Origin: Octopus vulgaris
Lineage: Eukaryota
DNA: 64,000 bases
Direction of reading: 5' to 3'
NCBI GenBank assembly: GCA_951406725.2
Contig: OX597833.1
Location: forward strand, 744,001 to 808,000
Each line of letters starts with the position of its first letter. Positions within the stretch are counted from its first letter, which is position 1. The position numbers and the translations under genes were made by a program. The notes under the pieces are model-generated. The model was not told the origin of the DNA and made no database searches. It worked only from the letters and a program-made list of their open reading frames with translations. Shown in pieces: positions 59,540 through 64,000 of the stretch.

Positions 59540-61240
59540 GCCTGTGACCAAATGAGGTTTATTTTTCAACATTGACCCTTCTTGCAGTTCACACACATCT
59601 TTCATAGGTGTTGCAGTGGTTGGATCCCACTGGTGAAAAAGCTTTTGTCTTGATGGTCAAAAAAAAGGTCATCAACAGCAGATATGATGTCATCGTCATA
59701 CTGCTTCCTAGTCAAATGTTTTCTTCATGTTGGAAACAGATGATAGTCAGATAGGGGGGTGTGGCCAAATCAGGAGAATAGAGAGGATGGTCAACCAGTT
59801 CAAAGCTGGTCACACACAATAGCCATTGAATGCAAAAACTCACATGCTGGAGCATTGTCCTCGTGAAATAAGAAACCTTTTGTCAGTTTTCTTGGGTGTT
59901 TGGTCTTGATCACCTTTTGTAACTGCTTCAGCAAGTTGGTGGGTGAAATGGTTAGCGGTATTTCATCTGCCGCTACGTTCTGAGTTCAAATTCTGCCGAG
60001 GTCGACTTTGCTTTTCATCCTTTCGGGGGTCGATTAAATAAGTACCAGTTACGCACTGGGGTCGATATAATTGACTTAATTCGTTTGTCTGTCCTTGTTT
60101 CTCCCCTCTATGTTTAGCCCCTTGTGGGTAGTAAAGAAATAGGTATAGTTCTCGCCATTGATGGTGTGGCCCTTTTGAAGATAGCCAATAAACACGATGC
60201 CTTTTGCATCCCCAAAAACTAAGGCCATCACCTTCCATGCAGATGAAACGACTTTGGCCTTCTTTGGAGCAGATGAGGAAGGGGTCATTGCATGGATTGT
60301 CTCTGGCTCAAAATCATGCAGCCAACGTTCATCCTGGGTTAGGAAATGGTCTAGGAAACCAGCTGGATCTATCTCAAACACTGTCAGACTTTTTCTGAGA
60401 TGTGCCTCTGCCTGGTGCCCTTTTGATCAGGTGTCAGAAGTCATGACACCCACATAGCATCATATATATACTCTTTTTACTTGTTTCAGTCATTTGACTG
60501 CAGCCATGCTGGAGCACCGCCTTTAGTCGAGCAAATCGACCCCAGGACTTATTTTTTGTAAGCCCAGTACTTATTCTATCGGTCTCTTTAGCTGAACCGC
60601 TAAGTGACGGGGACGTAAACATACCAGCATCGGTTGTCAAGCAATGCTAGGGGGACAAACACACACACACACATATATATATATACATACATATATACGA
60701 CAGGCTTCTTTCAGTTTCCGTCTACCAAATCCACTCACAAGGCATTGGTCAGCCCGGGGCTATAGCAGAAGACACTTGCCCAAGATGCCACGCAGTGGAA
60801 CTGAACCCGGAACCATGTGGTTGGTTAGCAAGCTACTTACCACACAGCCACTCCTGCGCCTATGTATATATATATATATTTGTATAGATATATGATGGGC
60901 TTCTTTCAGTTTCCATCTACCAAATCCACTCACAAAGCTTTGGTTGGCCCGAGGCTATAGCAGAAGACACTTGCCCGAGATCACACGTAGTGGGACTGAA
61001 CCCGGAACCATGTGGTTGGTTAGCAAGCTACTTACCACACAGCCACTCCTGCGCCTAGTTGATAAAGCTGGAGCATCATCCCCTAATGTGGCAACCATGT
61101 CAGTATGAATAACCTTGGGGGGCAGGAGAAGTCGCCACTAATTACTTTTGAAGTCCTCATTGAACAGTCAGGTGTCAGTTTACCTGGAAAGAAACAACGC
61201 AGTTATTAATAAGAAGAGCTGAAATTAACACCGTTCTAGC
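59540..61240 (-). mobile_element. Decayed mariner transposon interrupted by SINEs
   Basis: Minus-strand peptides IHTDMVATLGDDAPALST; FLTQDERWLHDFEPET; KKAKVVSSAWKVMALVFGDAKGIVFIGYLQKGHTINGENY; FHEDNAP; HPLYSPDLA. Frameshifts and deletions; SINEs at 59940-60144 and 60470-61056. Confidence 0.9.
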
Positions 61241-61739
61241 TTCACAGGTAACTCTTTCTGTTATTGGCACAAGGCCAGCAATTTTGAAAGCAGAGGAAAG
61301 TTGATTGCATTGACCTCAGTATATGACTGGTACTTATTCTATCATCTCTGAAAAAATGACAGGTAAAAGTTGGTCTCAGCAGGATTTGTCAACACACTCC
61401 ATGACATACATTTCTCTCTTTACGCTTCCAGGTATGAATGTGAAGTACAAATGTATATATATATATTGCCAGCCTCGCATGGTCCCCGTGCTGGTGGCAC
61501 GTAAAAAGCACCATCCGTCCGTGGCCGTTTGCCAGCTCCGTCTGGGACCTGTGCGGGTGGCACATAAAAAGCACCCACTACACTCACGGAGTGGTTAGGC
61601 GTTAGGAAGGGCATCCAGCCGTAGAAACATTGCCAGATCAGACTGGGCCTGGTGCAGCCTTCTGGATTCTCAGACCCCAGTTGAACCGTCCAACCCATGC
61701 TAGCATGGAAAGCGGACGCTAAATGATGATGATGGTGAG

Positions 61740-62175
61740 ATATGATGATGGCAATCCCTCAAGGTCGAGGATGATGGTCTTCGCGCAAATTTACTGGTGA
61801 GTCCGTAGGTGACCGATAAGACCAATTCTTGCTTGAAAAGATCGGTCGCAGTGCGGACATCTAGTGCCGGAAGGGAGAGTCGCACGTGGTTGTTGTCGGT
61901 GCTCCTTCCGTCGTCGTATTTTCTCCTCCAGCTCTGCAGACCTTTTCGACTTGAAAGTCGCCGTTCCCTCATGGATGGTGGTTTTCCAGAGTGGTCTGTT
62001 TTTTGCCATGTAGTTAGAATGACTGACGAACGACTTCCCAAACAGATCTTCTACTCCCAACTTAAAGACGGCAAGCATACAAAAGGAGGCCAGAAGAAAC
62101 GCTACAAGGACTCCCTGAAAACGAACCTCAAAAAGTGTGACATCGACTTCACTAACTGGGAGGAAACAGCAAAAA
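61740..62175 (-). mobile_element. RTE-clade LINE 3' fragment with 5' inversion
   Basis: + strand HVVRMTDERLPKQIFYSQLKDGKHTKGGQKKRYKDSLK..WEETA; - strand KNRPLWKTTIHEG..CPHCDRSFQARIGLIGHLRTHQ-stop and (CAT)n tail. Confidence 0.9.
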
Positions 62176-62539
62176 TACATATATATACACACACACACAT
62201 ATATATATATACACACACACACACATATATATATATACACACACAAACACACATATATATATATACACACACAAACACACACATATATATATACACACAC
62301 ACACACACATATATATATACACACACACACATATATACACACACACACACACATATATATACACACACACACATATGGTGTGGTAACACACACACATATA
62401 TACACACACACACACATATATATATACACACACACACATATATATACACGCACACACACACATATATATATATACACGCACACACATATATATACACGCA
62501 CACACACACACACATATATATATACACACACACACACAC

Positions 62540-62598
<59 letters not shown>

Positions 62599-62728
62599 AA
62601 AGTCAGGGTGAATACTTGATAATTGTAAGCACCTGTTGTACATGACTATGAGGATTTGCATCCCCAACGTAAATCGTCTTTTTCCTAAACTTATAATGTA
62701 ATACATGTCCTTGGTGTGGTAATTGTGA

Positions 62729-62816
62729 GTGGCTGAAGAAGGCTATTGACATACATATTACATCAATTATGCATTGATATAAACCGTCTAATAAAAGCCA
62801 GAAACATATGTACCGC
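62729..62816 (+). ncRNA. Minimal type I hammerhead ribozyme
   Basis: gtgg-CTGAAGA-aggct...agcca-GAAAC-atat-GTA-ccgc; A.A mismatch at the base of stem II. Confidence 0.75.
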
Positions 62817-63111
62817 TAAATCCTTTGCATCATGTTTTTCTTTTGATAAATATATATATATATAAATAAATATAGGGATGGTATTATAAAAATACCATCG
62901 CAAGTGGTAAGCGAATTATCAGCCGTACAGGCAAATTAATAAAATATATACATACAGTATTAGATATGTACATATATACACAAGGGTACTACATGAGTAC
63001 CTAAATCGCTAATGATAGAAGTCAAAAAATACTTCTGTACCACCGAATAGTCACAAATCCATTACAGACAAGATAGGAAAAAAAAAAAATATATATATAT
63101 ATACTCACACC

Positions 63112-63163
63112 GTCTCTGATGAAGGGATATAATTAATAAATATCCTTGAAACGACTGTAAGAC
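63112..63163 (+). ncRNA. Minimal type I hammerhead ribozyme, intact core
   Basis: gtct-CTGATGA-agggatat-aattaataa-atatcctt-GAAAC-gact-GTA-agac. Confidence 0.85.
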
Positions 63164-63394
63164 CTTCTATCTATAAATGCTCTAATATCTACACACCCTT
63201 GGTTTTTTATCTTATTACGCAAAAAAATTCTTATATATATATATATAAACTTATTTATTTATTTCAATATAATTCAGACTTGTGTATGGTTGTGAGCATG
63301 TATTTCTGAAGGTGTGTGTGTGTGTGTATATATGTGTATACATGTGCGTGAATGTGTGTGCATATAAGGAAATATATGTCCATCACTGCTGTCA

Positions 63395-63652
<258 letters not shown>

Positions 63653-64000
63653 TCACTGGTATTTAATTTATGAACTCAGAAAGGATGAAAGGCAAAATCG
63701 ACCTCGGCGGAATTTGAACCCAGAATGTGAAGACTAATGAAATGTCGCTAAGTATTTCACCTGGCATGCTAACGGTTCTAGTAGTAGTAATCATCATCAT
63801 CATCATCATCGTTTAGCGTCCGCTTTCCATGCTAGCATGGGTTGGACGGTTCAACTGGGGTCTGTGAAGCCAGAAGGCTGCACCAGGCCCAGTCTGATCT
63901 GGCAATGTTTCTACGGTTGGATGCCCTTCCTAACGCCAATAATAATAATCGTGCCAATCCGATCGTGGCCGTTGCCAGCCTCACCTGGCACCTGTGCCAG

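Overview
AT-rich, microsatellite- and transposon-dense animal genomic DNA; the repeat landscape suggests a cephalopod, probably Octopus (inference from memory, not a database result). Almost all entries in the ORF track are microsatellite or repeat artefacts. One real gene lies on the + strand. I assembled 17 GT-AG exons by hand (18812-55188; 5427 nt; at least 1808 aa; every splice phase is consistent; 5' end not found). They encode an unusual FMN/Cappuccino-type formin: DEP domain, low-complexity region, coiled coil, vestigial FH1, an FH2 whose two canonical actin-binding residues look substituted, and an 877-aa disordered tail ending in a PDZ-type motif. Introns and flanks hold several tRNA-derived SINE families, non-autonomous Helitrons, mariner relics and MITEs, CR1 and RTE LINE 3' ends, and a decayed Penelope-like RT/GIY-YIG fragment. 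About ten minimal type I hammerhead ribozyme motifs, from several unrelated Penelope-type repeat families, are scattered through the window. One young SINE forms head+[body]n multimers and inserts at sites matching its own unit junction. Repeat boundaries are approximate (about 10 bp); exon boundaries were counted to the base.
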